From the NCBI GenBank assembly GCA_963804645.1, contig CAWDRG010000017.1:288001-352000 (forward strand): a DNA stretch of 64,000 nucleotides, written 5' to 3'. Made by a program: the position numbers and the translations under genes. This document shows positions 1 through 9,918 of the stretch, one piece after another. Within the stretch, counting starts at the first letter, position 1; the number at the start of each line of letters is the position of its first letter. Origin of the DNA: an uncultured Bacillota bacterium. GTDB taxonomy: Bacteria; Sysuimicrobiota; Sysuimicrobiia; Sysuimicrobiales; Segetimicrobiaceae. The notes beneath the pieces are model-generated. The model saw nothing but the letters and a program-made list of their open reading frames with translations. It was not told the DNA's origin and ran no database searches.

Positions 1-1482
1 CGCCTCGACGTGCAGGGACGCCCGCCAGATGCGGTCGGCACCCATCCCTTCGAGCACACGCACGGCGCGATCTTGCAGAAACGTCAAGAGGCGCCGCTCA
101 TTCTCGTATTGGTCGAAGGTGATCCGGATCACCGGCCGCCCAAACGGATCGCGCACGTTTGGGTCCAGGTCGAGGAAATTCGCCTCGTACGGCAGCGTCT
201 CTGCCCCGACCGTCAGCACGGCCGTGCTGGTGTAGTAGCGCGCGAGGAACGCTTTGTACGCGCGCCCCCACCGCGGGACGTCCGGGGGGATGATCACCGT
301 GCTCTCGATCGGCGTGAACTGGTGGACGACCGCGATGCGGCCGCCGCGCAGAAATCCCACGCCCGTGTGGTCAAAGTTGTCCGCGTTGAAATCATCGATC
401 GTGTATCCCTGCGCGGCGGGCCCGGTAAACGCATTGAGCCGGCGGCCGCCGAACGTGCCGAACACCGGGAGGTGCTGTCGCGCCATGTAGTACCGGCCCA
501 CTTGGCCCGTGTTGTTCCCGAGGCCGTTCGGAAACCGGCGGCTCGGCGACAACAGCAGCAGGCGCACGTTCTCGTAGCTGTAGGTCGCCAGGATCACGGT
601 GCCGGCCGGCTGAAAGTGCACCCCGTCTGGCGCGGCGTACTCGACGCCGGTCGCGACTCCGCGCTCGTCCGTGACCACCCGAAGCGCCCGACACCCCGTG
701 CGAATCTCAAGCTTGCCGGTGGCGAGGGCTTTGGGCAGCACCGTCACGACCGTGCTGCCCTTCGCGTTGACGTGGCACGCCAGGCGGTTGCAAAAACTGC
801 AGTATGTGCACTGCTCGCGGCCGTCGTAGGGTTCCGACAGGATCGTCGCCGGCATCGGGAAGGGGTGGTAGCCGGCCCGCCGCGCCGCATCGCAGAAGAG
901 CTGCCCCAGCCCCGACGTCCGAAGAGGCGGCATCGGGTACGGATGTTGGCGCGGACCTTCGAACGGATTGCCCCCGGGGAGCAGCGCTCCGCGCACGTTC
1001 CCCGCCTGCCCGGACACCCCCACCAGGCGTTCCGTCAGATCATAGTAGGGCTCCAGGTCGTCATAGCTCAGCGGCCAATCCGCGAGCGCGGTGCCCGCCG
1101 GCAGCGCGTCCGGACCGTACCGGGCCAGCGCGTTCGACCACGCGCGGAAGTCGTCGGGATGAAACCGGAACGAGACCGCGCCGTACACGAGCGAGCTTCC
1201 GCCCACGCCGTTCGCCAGCCGCTGCGTGTACGGGGTGGGCTGGCGGGCGCTGCGGGCGTTGGGGCGCCAGGTCGGGATCTCATGATTGAACTTCGCCGCC
1301 CCCCACACGTTGCGCGCGTTGCTCGACGTGATCTCGTCCATCGCGTGCTCGTGGCCGGTCCAGGCCGGTCCCGCCTCGAGCGCGACCACGCTCCTGCCCG
1401 CGGCCGCCAGGACGGCCGCCGCCATCCCGCCGGTGCCGCCCAGGCCGATCAGACAGACCTCAACCTCACGCTCCACCCGCAT
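1..1482 (-). CDS. GMC-family FAD oxidoreductase (gluconate 2-dehydrogenase flavoprotein-like), runs off the left edge
   Basis: Read by hand, absent from the ORF track because it has no stop in the window. Starts MRVEREVEVCLIGLGGTGGMAAAVLAAAGRSVVALEAGP (FAD-binding GxGxxG...LEAG); the same frame still reads plausibly at the window edge. Confidence 0.85.
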   Translation of the reverse strand, partial: MRVEREVEVCLIGLGGTGGMAAAVLAAAGRSVVALEAGPAWTGHEHAMDEITSSNARNVWGAAKFNHEIPTWRPNARSARQPTPYTQRLANGVGGSSLVYGAVSFRFHPDDFRAWSNALARYGPDALPAGTALADWPLSYDDLEPYYDLTERLVGVSGQAGNVRGALLPGGNPFEGPRQHPYPMPPLRTSGLGQLFCDAARRAGYHPFPMPATILSEPYDGREQCTYCSFCNRLACHVNAKGSTVVTVLPKALATGKLEIRTGCRALRVVTDERGVATGVEYAAPDGVHFQPAGTVILATYSYENVRLLLLSPSRRFPNGLGNNTGQVGRYYMARQHLPVFGTFGGRRLNAFTGPAAQGYTIDDFNADNFDHTGVGFLRGGRIAVVHQFTPIESTVIIPPDVPRWGRAYKAFLARYYTSTAVLTVGAETLPYEANFLDLDPNVRDPFGRPVIRITFDQYENERRLLTFLQDRAVRVLEGMGADRIWRASLHVEA

Positions 1483-1681
1483 ACGGGTACGGTTCTGACC
1501 GGCGGCGCCGTTTGCCTGCCGCAGCGAGCGGGCGGACGCGCTGATCCGACGCCTCGTCGATGACGGTCGAAAAGGAAGTTCCCGCACCCCGGCGAATCCG
1601 CCAATGTTCTGCGCACCGAACACACGGAGCGCTCGTGTGCAGGCCAGTCTGGACAAGTCCATGCAGCCAGAAGGAGGCGAC

Positions 1682-2716
1682 ATGATCACCCGTTCAGATC
1701 GTCCGCAAATGCGCCGCCGCTGGAACCGTGCCGCGGCGGCGGGATGCGCAGTGATCTCGAGCGTGCTGCTGCTCCTGGCGGCGTCATCCGGGATGGCCGC
1801 GCCGACCGGCACCTACAAGCTGAGCGTGCTGGAGACGACGCCGGGGTTCTTCGATCTGCCGCTCTGGACGATGATGAACGACGGCGAGGCGGCGGCAAAT
1901 CACCTCGAGCTCACGCTCGCGCAGTTCCAGACGGGCGGCGGGACGACGTCCCAGGTGTTCGCCGGCGGCACTGGGGACCTCATGATGGGCGGCATGGATC
2001 TCCCCGTCCGGCTCATGCAGACGAAGACGGTCGACGTCACGGTGATCGCCACGATGCTGCAGCGCGGGGTGTTTATCCTCGTCGCCAAGGCGGGGTCGCC
2101 CTACCACACCCTGCAGAGCCTCCGGGGCCAAATCGTCGGGATCAGCGGCCCGGGCGCGTTCAGCGAGTTCGCGCTGCACACCGCGCTGAAGGGTGCCGGC
2201 ATGAGTCCCAACGACGTGCAGATCGCCGCGCTCGGGGGCACGGCGGCCCAGTATGCCGCGCTCACCTCCGGCAAGGCCGCGGCCGTCCAGCTGCAGTCGC
2301 CGATCTTGGAGACCGCGCAGTCGAACCACACCGTGCAGACGGTCTACGACTTCCGCGTCGAGCAGGGGCTGCAGGCCTCGCTCGTCTTCACGGCCCGCAC
2401 CGCAGCGGTCAGGGCCAATCCGGCTCCGTACCAGGTGTTCATGCGGACCTACCGCCAGATCATGAACCGGTTCCGGACGGACCCCGCGTACGCCATGAAG
2501 ATGGCGACCGCGGAGTGGGGAGCGACCACGTCCGCCGCAGATCTCCAGAGCCAGCTCGCCGCGTATCTGACCAACCCCGGCATCTGGTCGCCGGACTGCG
2601 TGTACACCGTCGTACTGTACACCAACACGCGCCAGTTGCTGCTCGATTCCGGGCTCTTCACGGCGGACGGCTTCCCGACCTACCGTCAGCTGACGCAGTA
2701 CGCGCCGCCGCTGTAG
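1682..2716 (+). CDS. ABC transporter substrate-binding protein, NitT/TauT/NMT1 family
   Basis: AGGAGG RBS before ATG 1682, signal peptide, LRGQIVGISGPG motif, next to an ABC ATPase. Confidence 0.85.
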   Translation: MITRSDRPQMRRRWNRAAAAGCAVISSVLLLLAASSGMAAPTGTYKLSVLETTPGFFDLPLWTMMNDGEAAANHLELTLAQFQTGGGTTSQVFAGGTGDLMMGGMDLPVRLMQTKTVDVTVIATMLQRGVFILVAKAGSPYHTLQSLRGQIVGISGPGAFSEFALHTALKGAGMSPNDVQIAALGGTAAQYAALTSGKAAAVQLQSPILETAQSNHTVQTVYDFRVEQGLQASLVFTARTAAVRANPAPYQVFMRTYRQIMNRFRTDPAYAMKMATAEWGATTSAADLQSQLAAYLTNPGIWSPDCVYTVVLYTNTRQLLLDSGLFTADGFPTYRQLTQYAPPL

Positions 2717-2753
2717 TGCGCCTGAGCACGCGGGACTCGGGACCGGGCCGGCG

Positions 2754-3617
2754 GTGAAGCCGACGGTTCTCGGACAGGATGCGGCCGGCGGCGCTCCCGG
2801 CCGCATCGGGGAGCCCGGCGGGACCGACCCGTCGTGGGCGTCCCACACCCACGCCGCATCGATCGACGTGTTCGGGGTCACGGTCCGGTACGCCGGTGCC
2901 GCGAGCGCGGGGCAGGCCCACCAGGGCACGCTCGCGGTCGACGATGTCTCGTTCCGCGTGAACCCGCAGGAGATCGTCGTCATCGTGGGGCCGAGCGGCT
3001 GCGGCAAGACGACGCTGCTCAAGACGATCGGGGGCCTGCTGCGTCCGTCCCGCGGGTCGGTCCGGATCAGCCAGGCCGGAGCGGCCGATCCGCGGCTCGG
3101 ATTTGTCTTCCAGTCCGACGCGCTGCTGCCGTGGCGCACGGCGGTGCAGAATGTGGAGTTGGCCGTGCGGCTGGCCCGCGAGAGCCCGCGGGTGGCCGGC
3201 GCGCGGGCGGCGCATCTCATGGAAGAGTTGGGGCTCGGCGATTCGCGCGACAAGTACCCCTCGCAGCTCTCCGGCGGCATGCGCAAGCGCGTCGCCCTCG
3301 CGAGGGCGCTGGCGTACGAGCCCGCGGTGTTCCTGATGGATGAACCGTTCAGCGCACTGGACGCGAATACGCGGATCCACGTGGGGAACTTCTTTCTGCG
3401 CATCGTCGAGCGCTTCGGCCAGAGCGTCTTGTTTGTGACGCACGACATCGACGAAGCGGTCGCGCTGGGAGACAGAATCCTGGTGCTGTCGCGCGGCCCG
3501 GGACGGCTCGTCGGCACGTTTGACGTCAACCTGCCCCGCCCCCGCGACTACTACAAGAGCCGGTTCGAAGACGGCTTTCGGGAGCTGGCGCGCTCGGTCT
3601 TCGAGCTGATCGGATGA
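2754..3617 (+). CDS. ABC transporter ATP-binding protein (TauB/SsuB-like)
   Basis: GPSGCGKTT, LSGGMRKR, LMDEPFSALD, VTHDIDEA. Confidence 0.95.
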   Translation: MKPTVLGQDAAGGAPGRIGEPGGTDPSWASHTHAASIDVFGVTVRYAGAASAGQAHQGTLAVDDVSFRVNPQEIVVIVGPSGCGKTTLLKTIGGLLRPSRGSVRISQAGAADPRLGFVFQSDALLPWRTAVQNVELAVRLARESPRVAGARAAHLMEELGLGDSRDKYPSQLSGGMRKRVALARALAYEPAVFLMDEPFSALDANTRIHVGNFFLRIVERFGQSVLFVTHDIDEAVALGDRILVLSRGPGRLVGTFDVNLPRPRDYYKSRFEDGFRELARSVFELIG

Positions 3618-3639
3618 GCGCCGCGTCGGAGCCCGCCGG

Positions 3640-4704
3640 ATGAGTCTCCGCGTCGGGCTCGGACTCATCACCGGGCAGGTGCCGCCGGACGACAGCCGGT
3701 CCGTCGCGGACGACTACGACGACGTGCTCGCACTGGCGCGGACCGCGGAAGCCGTCGGGTTCGACTCGCTGTGGGTATCGGAGCACCACTGCGCGGCGGA
3801 CAGCTATCTCCCCTCACTCACCGTGATGCTGGCCGCGATCGCGGCCGTGACCACACGGCTGGCGCTGGGGACCGCGGTCGTGCTGGCTCCGTTTCAGCAC
3901 CCGCTTCGATTCGCCGAGGACTGCGCGGTCCTCGATCAGCTGTCGCGGGGACGGCTGATCGTCGGCCTCGGCGCGGGATGGCGCAAAGAGGAGTTTCGCG
4001 CGTTTGGGATTCCGCTCGCCGAGCGCGTCGGCAGAACCTCCGAGTTGGCGCGGATCTGCCGCGAGGCGTGGGATCACGAGACGTTCTCGTTCCAGGGGCG
4101 CTACTTCGCGTACGACAACGTACGCGTGACCCCCAAGCCCTTCGGCCGCCTGCCCCTGATGCTTGGGGGCACCGCACCGGCGGCGATCGCGCGCGCCGGA
4201 CGCCTCGCGGACGGCTACATGGGGACGCCGATGAATCGCATCGAGGAGTTTCGACGCGCGGTGGGCATCTTCGACGACGCCGCGCGCGCCGCGGGACGGG
4301 ATCCGGACGGCCTCTCGCTGGGCTACCATGTGAACACGTGGGTGTCGCCCGACGGCACGATTCCCGCGTCCGTCAGGGCGGCGATGTGGCACCAAATCGC
4401 GACCTATCAGGTCTGGCACACCGAGGACGACACCGGACGGCCGCCCTCCGCGTTTCCGCCGATCGACGACAATGCGATCCGGCCCCGCACCGTCGCGGGG
4501 ACGCCTGTCGACGTGATCCAGCAGATACGGCCGTGGGTGGAGGAATTCGGCGGGCGAGAACTCCACGTGATCGTACGGCTGCACTATCCGGGCATGCGGC
4601 GCGAGGAGGCGGAGCGCGCGGTGCGGCTGTTCGCGGCGGAGGTGATCCCGCCGCTCAAGCGCCTCGGCGGCCTCGAGGCGCGGGAGGCCCCGGGCCGCGC
4701 CTGA
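3640..4704 (+). CDS. LLM-class (luciferase-like) flavin-dependent oxidoreductase
   Basis: GFDSLWVSEHH, HPLRFAED...LDQLSRGRLIVGLGAGW. Confidence 0.9.
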   Translation: MSLRVGLGLITGQVPPDDSRSVADDYDDVLALARTAEAVGFDSLWVSEHHCAADSYLPSLTVMLAAIAAVTTRLALGTAVVLAPFQHPLRFAEDCAVLDQLSRGRLIVGLGAGWRKEEFRAFGIPLAERVGRTSELARICREAWDHETFSFQGRYFAYDNVRVTPKPFGRLPLMLGGTAPAAIARAGRLADGYMGTPMNRIEEFRRAVGIFDDAARAAGRDPDGLSLGYHVNTWVSPDGTIPASVRAAMWHQIATYQVWHTEDDTGRPPSAFPPIDDNAIRPRTVAGTPVDVIQQIRPWVEEFGGRELHVIVRLHYPGMRREEAERAVRLFAAEVIPPLKRLGGLEAREAPGRA

Positions 4705-4782
4705 ACCACCCGGGAGCGCCTGACTGCCGTCGGCCGCTCCGAGAAACGCCCGAAGAAATATTCTGAAGTCGGGAGACACGAC

Positions 4783-6498
4783 ATGCACGTTGGGGATCAG
4801 CTCGCGGATCGACTGATCGGGTACGGCATCCGGCGCGTCTTCGGCTGTCCGGGCGGCCAAACGCTGCCGCTCTACGATGGCATTGCGAAGCGCCGCGGCC
4901 GCATCGATCATGTGCTGATGCGGGACGAACGGAGCGCGGCGTACGCGGCCGACGCGTACGCCCGGGCGACCGGCACGGTCGGCGTGTGCGACGCCACGGT
5001 GGGTCCGGGCGCGAGCAATCTGGTCTCGGGCCTGGTGGAAGCCCTTGCCGCATCCGTCCCGGTGCTGGCGATCGTCTCGGATATCCCGCGGCACTGGGAG
5101 CACCGCCGACACCTGGGGTCCGCGTCCCAGGGCTTCGAGCAGCGGCGGTTCCTCGAGCCCTGCGTGCGCTGGTACGGCCGCGTCGAAACCGCGGACAATC
5201 TGGCGGAGATCCTGCACGCGTGCATTCGGATCGCGACGGCCGGGCGTCCCGGCCCGGTCGTCCTGGAGATCCCGGCCGACGTGTTCTACGGCCCGGCCGG
5301 CGCGGAGGGGTTTGCGCCCTTCCCGGAATGGGCGCGCGTGCCGCGCCTGCGGCCCGGCCCCGACCCCGCAGCGCTCGAGGAGGCGGCCAAGCGGCTGCGC
5401 GCCAGCAAGACGCCCATGATCATCGCCGGAGGCGGCGCCCTGCGGGCCGACGCCGGTCCGGAGATCCAGGTCCTGGCGGAAACCCTGCGGTGTCCGGTCG
5501 CCACCACCGTGACCGGCAAGGGGATCATCGCCGAAACGCACCCCCTCACCGTGGGCGTGGCCGGGTCGTTTGGGGTCCCGATGGCCAACGCACTGCTCGC
5601 GGAGAGCGACTGTGTGACGTTCATCGGATCGAAAGCGGGGCAAACCGTCACGCTGGGATGGACCGTCCCCAACCCGGACACGCCGGTGGTCCACATCGAT
5701 ATCGACCCCGATGAGATCGGCAGGAACTATCGGCGCTCAATCGGCCTGGTCGCGGATGCCCAACTCGGGACCCGCGGTCTCGCGGCGGCGCTTCAGCACG
5801 CGCCGGTCAGCAGCGCGTGGGACCCCGAGCGCATCGAGCGCATGCGCCGCGAGTGGTGGAGCGGGCCCATGGCCTACAAACAGGCGCCCGTGCCGGGCAT
5901 CCTCAAGCCGCAGGATCTGATGCGCGCAATGGGCGCGATCACGTCGCGCGACGATGTGGTCGTGACCGACGCGAGCCTCGCGTCCGGGTGGGCGGCCAGC
6001 CGCTGGCAGGCCAAGACCGCAGGGCGGTGCTTCTTCGCCCCGCGCGGCCTCGCGGGCCTCGGCTGGGGCCTTCCCGCCGCGGTCGGGGTCGCCGCCGCCG
6101 CCAGGGATCTCGAGCACCCGGGCCGGATCGTGTGCCTCGCCGGCGACGGCGGGTGGGCCTACTCGATGGCGGAGGTCGAGCCCGCGGTCCGGCTCGGCCT
6201 GCCGATCGTGGCCGTGGTGCTGAACAACCGCAGCCTCGCGTGGATCAACCATGTCGCCGCGGCCCGGTTTCCGGGCGAACGCGTGGCCGACCGGTTTCTG
6301 GACGCGAATTTCGCCAACGCGGCCGGTGCGCTCGGCGCCGTGGCCGAGCGCGTGGATACGCTGGACCGGTTCGAGGCGGCGTTCCGGGCGGCGTCGACCG
6401 ACTCGGCGTCTCGTCCCTGGGTGATAGAGGCGATCACCTGCGATGCGGAAACACCGGTCCTGCAGCCACCGCCCGGCACCCCCAAAACGGGCTATTGA
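4783..6498 (+). CDS. Thiamine pyrophosphate-dependent enzyme (acetolactate synthase-like)
   Basis: VFGCPGG, RDERSAAYAADAYAR, GPGASN, GRPGPVVLEIP, GDGG...LNN TPP motif. Confidence 0.9.
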   Translation: MHVGDQLADRLIGYGIRRVFGCPGGQTLPLYDGIAKRRGRIDHVLMRDERSAAYAADAYARATGTVGVCDATVGPGASNLVSGLVEALAASVPVLAIVSDIPRHWEHRRHLGSASQGFEQRRFLEPCVRWYGRVETADNLAEILHACIRIATAGRPGPVVLEIPADVFYGPAGAEGFAPFPEWARVPRLRPGPDPAALEEAAKRLRASKTPMIIAGGGALRADAGPEIQVLAETLRCPVATTVTGKGIIAETHPLTVGVAGSFGVPMANALLAESDCVTFIGSKAGQTVTLGWTVPNPDTPVVHIDIDPDEIGRNYRRSIGLVADAQLGTRGLAAALQHAPVSSAWDPERIERMRREWWSGPMAYKQAPVPGILKPQDLMRAMGAITSRDDVVVTDASLASGWAASRWQAKTAGRCFFAPRGLAGLGWGLPAAVGVAAAARDLEHPGRIVCLAGDGGWAYSMAEVEPAVRLGLPIVAVVLNNRSLAWINHVAAARFPGERVADRFLDANFANAAGALGAVAERVDTLDRFEAAFRAASTDSASRPWVIEAITCDAETPVLQPPPGTPKTGY

Positions 6499-6564
6499 AG
6501 TGAGTGCGCCCGCAGGCGGCCATTCTGAGTCAGTTTCGAGACCGTGCCGAAGAAGGAGGCGCTG

Positions 6565-7428
6565 ATGCCACAAGCGGTTGAGCTAGATCGCGGGTCGGAC
6601 GCCCCGCCTTCCGCCGCCCCCTCCGCGGGGGCAGGGCCCAACTGGAGCGCGCTCGTGCGCGACGCCGCGGTTCGCATCGGCATGTTCGTGCTGGTGCTCG
6701 CCATCTGGCAGTGGCCGGGCGGATGGTTCATCGGGAACAAATGGATCAGCAGCCCCGTGCTGGTGTTCCAGCGCCTCGTGAACATGGCACGCGACGGATC
6801 TCTCGCCCGCAATACGAACGCGACGCTCCAGGAGACCGTGATCGGACTGATCATCGGCATCCTCGTGGGGCTGGTGGGCGGCATTGTGATCGCGCGCGCG
6901 CCCACGGTCATCGCCAAAGCGCTCGACCCCTATCTCCTCGCGGGCTACAGCCTGCCCCGAGTCGCCCTCGCGCCGTTCTTCATCCTCTGGTTCGGCATCG
7001 GCCTCGCGTCCAAAGTTGTGCTCGTCGTCTCTGTGGTGGGGTTTGTCGTGCTGTTCAACGTGCGGCAGGGCATGGAGTCGGTCGACACCGACATGCTCGA
7101 CGCGATGCGCAGCATGCGGGCCGGCCGATGGGAAGTCATTCGGTATGTCGTTATCCCGTCGCTGGTCCCCTGGATTCTCTCCGCGGTGAAGATCGCGGTG
7201 GGGATCGGCTTCGTGGCCGCCGTGGTTGGAGAACTGGTGGGGTCGACGAAGGGGTTGGGATGGTACATCAGCGAGTCACTGAACTCATTCGACATGACGG
7301 GCGGCGTCACGTCGCTGGTCATCATGGCCGTGCTGGCGCTGATCCTGTACGCCATTGTGGGAGAGATCGAGCGCCGGGTGTGCCGGTGGCAGGCGAGCGC
7401 GACTGCGGCCAGAACCGTGCCGATGTAA
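6565..7428 (+). CDS. ABC transporter permease (TauC/SsuC-like)
   Basis: AGGAGG RBS, hydrophobic helices, PRVALAPFFILWFGIG, EAA-like loop, GELVGSTKGLG. Confidence 0.9.
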   Translation: MPQAVELDRGSDAPPSAAPSAGAGPNWSALVRDAAVRIGMFVLVLAIWQWPGGWFIGNKWISSPVLVFQRLVNMARDGSLARNTNATLQETVIGLIIGILVGLVGGIVIARAPTVIAKALDPYLLAGYSLPRVALAPFFILWFGIGLASKVVLVVSVVGFVVLFNVRQGMESVDTDMLDAMRSMRAGRWEVIRYVVIPSLVPWILSAVKIAVGIGFVAAVVGELVGSTKGLGWYISESLNSFDMTGGVTSLVIMAVLALILYAIVGEIERRVCRWQASATAARTVPM

Positions 7429-7531
7429 GCACGGCGCGCGCTGCGCTGCGCGTTCCCTTCGCCTCTGCGTGCGTGGTTCCGCATTCATGGGGTCTCGGAC
7501 GTCCGAGACCGGACAGGAAGGGAGCCGCACG

Positions 7532-8725
7532 ATGACCAGTGTCGTGGTTCTCGATGGCGCCCGCACCGCGTTTGGACGCTTCGGCGGAAGCCTCCGCGGG
7601 GTCGCCGCGAACCAGCTCGGGATCGCAGCGGCGCACGGAGCGCTGGCGAAGTCGCGGATCGACCCGGGCGCCGTCGACCACGTCGCCTTCGGCAACGTGG
7701 TGCACTCGAGCGGTGACGCGGTGTATCTGGCCCGCCACGTCGGGCTCGGCGCCGGGCTCCGAATCGAGTGTCCCGCGGTCACCCTCAATCGCCTGTGCGG
7801 ATCGGGCCTCGAGGCGGCGGTCTACGGCGCACGGCTGATCGAGACGCGGGAAGCCGAGCTCGTGCTCGCGGGCGGCACCGAGAACATGAGCCAAGCTCCC
7901 TTTGTGCTGCGCGGCGCCCGCGAGGGACTGCCGCTCGGGCCGGCCGTGCTGGACGATACGCTGTGGGCGGCACTCACGGACACCGCGTGCGGGCTCGGCA
8001 TGGCGGAGACGGCCGAGAACTTGGCCGCCCGCTACCACATCACGCGCGAAGCGCAGGACGAGTTTGCGGCGCGAAGCCACGCGCTCGCCGCCCGCGCGCG
8101 CGGAGAGGGTCGCTTCGCCGAGGAGATCATTCCGGTCGATGCCGCATCCGTCGTGAGCGGGGCGCGGGGCACCCCGAAACCGGTCGTCGAGGATGAACAT
8201 ATCCGGCCCGAAAGCACGGTCGAGCGGCTGGCCCGGCTGCCCGCGCGATTCCGTGAACACGGCACCGTCACGGCGGGCAACAGCAGCGGGATCAACGATG
8301 GTGCGGCGGCTGTGGTCCTTGCGTCGGCGCGCGCCGCCGAGCGGCTGGGGGTCCGGCCGCTCGGGCGGCTGGTCTCGTGGGCCGTGGTGGGCGTGCCCCC
8401 GGAGATCATGGGTATCGGCCCTGCCCCGGCAAGCCGGGAGGCACTGGCGCGGGCTGAGTTGCGGCTTGACCAGATGGACGTCGTTGAGATCAACGAGGCC
8501 TTCGCCGCGCAGTACCTCGCGGTCGAACAGGAACTTGGGCTCGATCGCGACCGCGTCAACGTGAACGGCGGGGCGATCGCGCTCGGCCATCCGCTCGCGG
8601 CGAGCGGCGCGCGGCTGCTGCTCACCCTCCTGTACGAACTCCGCCGCCGTGCGGGCCGGTTCGGGCTCGCCGCCCTCTGCATCGGCGGCGGCCAGGGGAT
8701 CGCGGCCGTAGTCGAGGCGGGCTAG
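7532..8725 (+). CDS. Acetyl-CoA C-acyltransferase (thiolase)
   Basis: NRLCGSGL, GNSSGINDGAAA, EINEAFA, GHPLAASG, CIGGGQG. Confidence 0.95.
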   Translation: MTSVVVLDGARTAFGRFGGSLRGVAANQLGIAAAHGALAKSRIDPGAVDHVAFGNVVHSSGDAVYLARHVGLGAGLRIECPAVTLNRLCGSGLEAAVYGARLIETREAELVLAGGTENMSQAPFVLRGAREGLPLGPAVLDDTLWAALTDTACGLGMAETAENLAARYHITREAQDEFAARSHALAARARGEGRFAEEIIPVDAASVVSGARGTPKPVVEDEHIRPESTVERLARLPARFREHGTVTAGNSSGINDGAAAVVLASARAAERLGVRPLGRLVSWAVVGVPPEIMGIGPAPASREALARAELRLDQMDVVEINEAFAAQYLAVEQELGLDRDRVNVNGGAIALGHPLAASGARLLLTLLYELRRRAGRFGLAALCIGGGQGIAAVVEAG

Positions 8726-8736
8726 AAACCACCGCG

Positions 8737-9183
8737 CGCAAGATTGCATTTGCCTCGACCCGCGATGGAGTGTTCCAAATTTATATGACGAACGTTGACG
8801 GCTCAGCCGTAATCCGCCTGACCAATCCGCCCGATGCGACTACGAGTCCCGCATTCAGTCCGGATGGCAAGATGATCGCGTTCCACCGTCTCGGCGACTA
8901 CGACACCTCACAGATCTACATCATGAATGCTGATGGCTCCCACATGACTCGTCTGACGAATGCACAGGGAGGAAATGAAGACCCTACATTCAGCCCCGAT
9001 GGCTGCACCGTCGTATTTGGCTCGAATCGCAGCGGAGGGTCGCTCCAGATCTACGTGATGAATGTCGACGGATCGACTGTCAGGCAGCTGACCGGTGCTT
9101 CTGGAAATAGTTGGGCTCCTTCGTTCAGTCCCGATGGCCGTAAGATCGCATTCCAATCCGACCGTAACGGGAATGATCAGATC
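8737..9183 (+). pseudogene. TolB-like/PD40-repeat protein fragment, truncated at both ends
   Basis: Repeated P.FSPDG..IAF / QIYVMN.DGS units. The frame begins mid-repeat (RKIAFASTRDGVFQIY) just after the thiolase stop and breaks at NDQI, where the ISL3 end begins (9184). Confidence 0.75.
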
Positions 9184-9222
9184 GGGACTTCAGGAACCCG
9201 GGTGGGTTGCATAGAGTTCTAA
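9184..9222 (-). mobile_element. Detached 3' end of the ISL3 element (last codons LELYATHPGS* and terminal repeat)
   Basis: Minus strand reads tta gaa ctc tat gca acc cac ccg ggt tcc tga agtccc and joins in frame to the ISL3 ORF at 12366 through a shared TCTAA. Confidence 0.75.
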
Positions 9223-9357
9223 TATGAATGGGCCGAAGGGAAGACTTCAGGAACCCAAGAGGTGTGTGCGCCGATTCAGGCATCCGAAGTGAGGTTGTTT
9301 GAAACCGCGGCTCGGGATTGAGCTCGGCAGTGAAGGGACTCGATGTCGTCCAGCTCC

Positions 9358-9918
9358 CTAAGGAGTACCGCCTCGTATGCGATAGTGCAAGTGGATTACT
9401 CCGGTGCCGACACGGCGCGTCTCAAGGAGTTCGAGATTCCGTCGTAAGGCGGCTCGGAATGCCGGCTTTCCGCCGCCGAAGATCACCGGGTTGAGAAACA
9501 GGTGACATTCGTCGACGAGATCGGCTTCGAGCGCAAGCCCCGCAAGCTCGGCGCCGCCAATGCTGATGTCGTGCTCCGATTCCCGCTTGAGCTTCCGAAT
9601 AGCCGCGAGGTCGAAGTCCCGCTCGACACGCGTGTTGCGTGTCGTAGCGCCTGTCAGCGTTCGTGAAAAGACGATCTTCTCGGGCTTCTGCCAGATCCGT
9701 GCGAAGTCGCGGTGTTCGGGCGGATAGCCCTCCACCGGCGCGTCCCAGTAGGCCATCGTCTCATAGAGCCGCCGCCCATAGAGATAGGTTCCGACGGGCC
9801 GCAACAACTCAATGACGAACGGGTGTACTTGATCGGGATTGTCCCAATCGAAGGCACCGGTTTCGTCCTCGATGTAACCGTCAAGTGCCGTATTGGTGAT
9901 GTAGATCAACTTCGACAT
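9358..9918 (-). CDS. Dihydrofolate reductase-family / RibD C-terminal domain protein
   Basis: MSKLIYITNTALDGYIED, YLYGRRLYETM, KIVFSRTL, IGGAELA, LVDECHLFLNPVIFGGGKP. Confidence 0.9.
   Translation of the reverse strand: MSKLIYITNTALDGYIEDETGAFDWDNPDQVHPFVIELLRPVGTYLYGRRLYETMAYWDAPVEGYPPEHRDFARIWQKPEKIVFSRTLTGATTRNTRVERDFDLAAIRKLKRESEHDISIGGAELAGLALEADLVDECHLFLNPVIFGGGKPAFRAALRRNLELLETRRVGTGVIHLHYRIRGGTP

Noticed and set aside
10..1563. 517-aa plus-strand ORF
   Set aside because: Antisense shadow of the minus-strand GMC oxidoreductase; Arg-rich with no motifs.
1744..8749. Many long overlapping or antisense ORFs (e.g. 1784-3529, 3814-5694, 7322-8749), and similar ones across the window
   Set aside because: Typical GC-rich shadow frames overlapping well-supported genes.
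9186..9256. Two 14-bp repeats with a 43-bp gap read as a mini-CRISPR
   Set aside because: Only two short copies, no cas genes, and one copy is the ISL3 terminal sequence.
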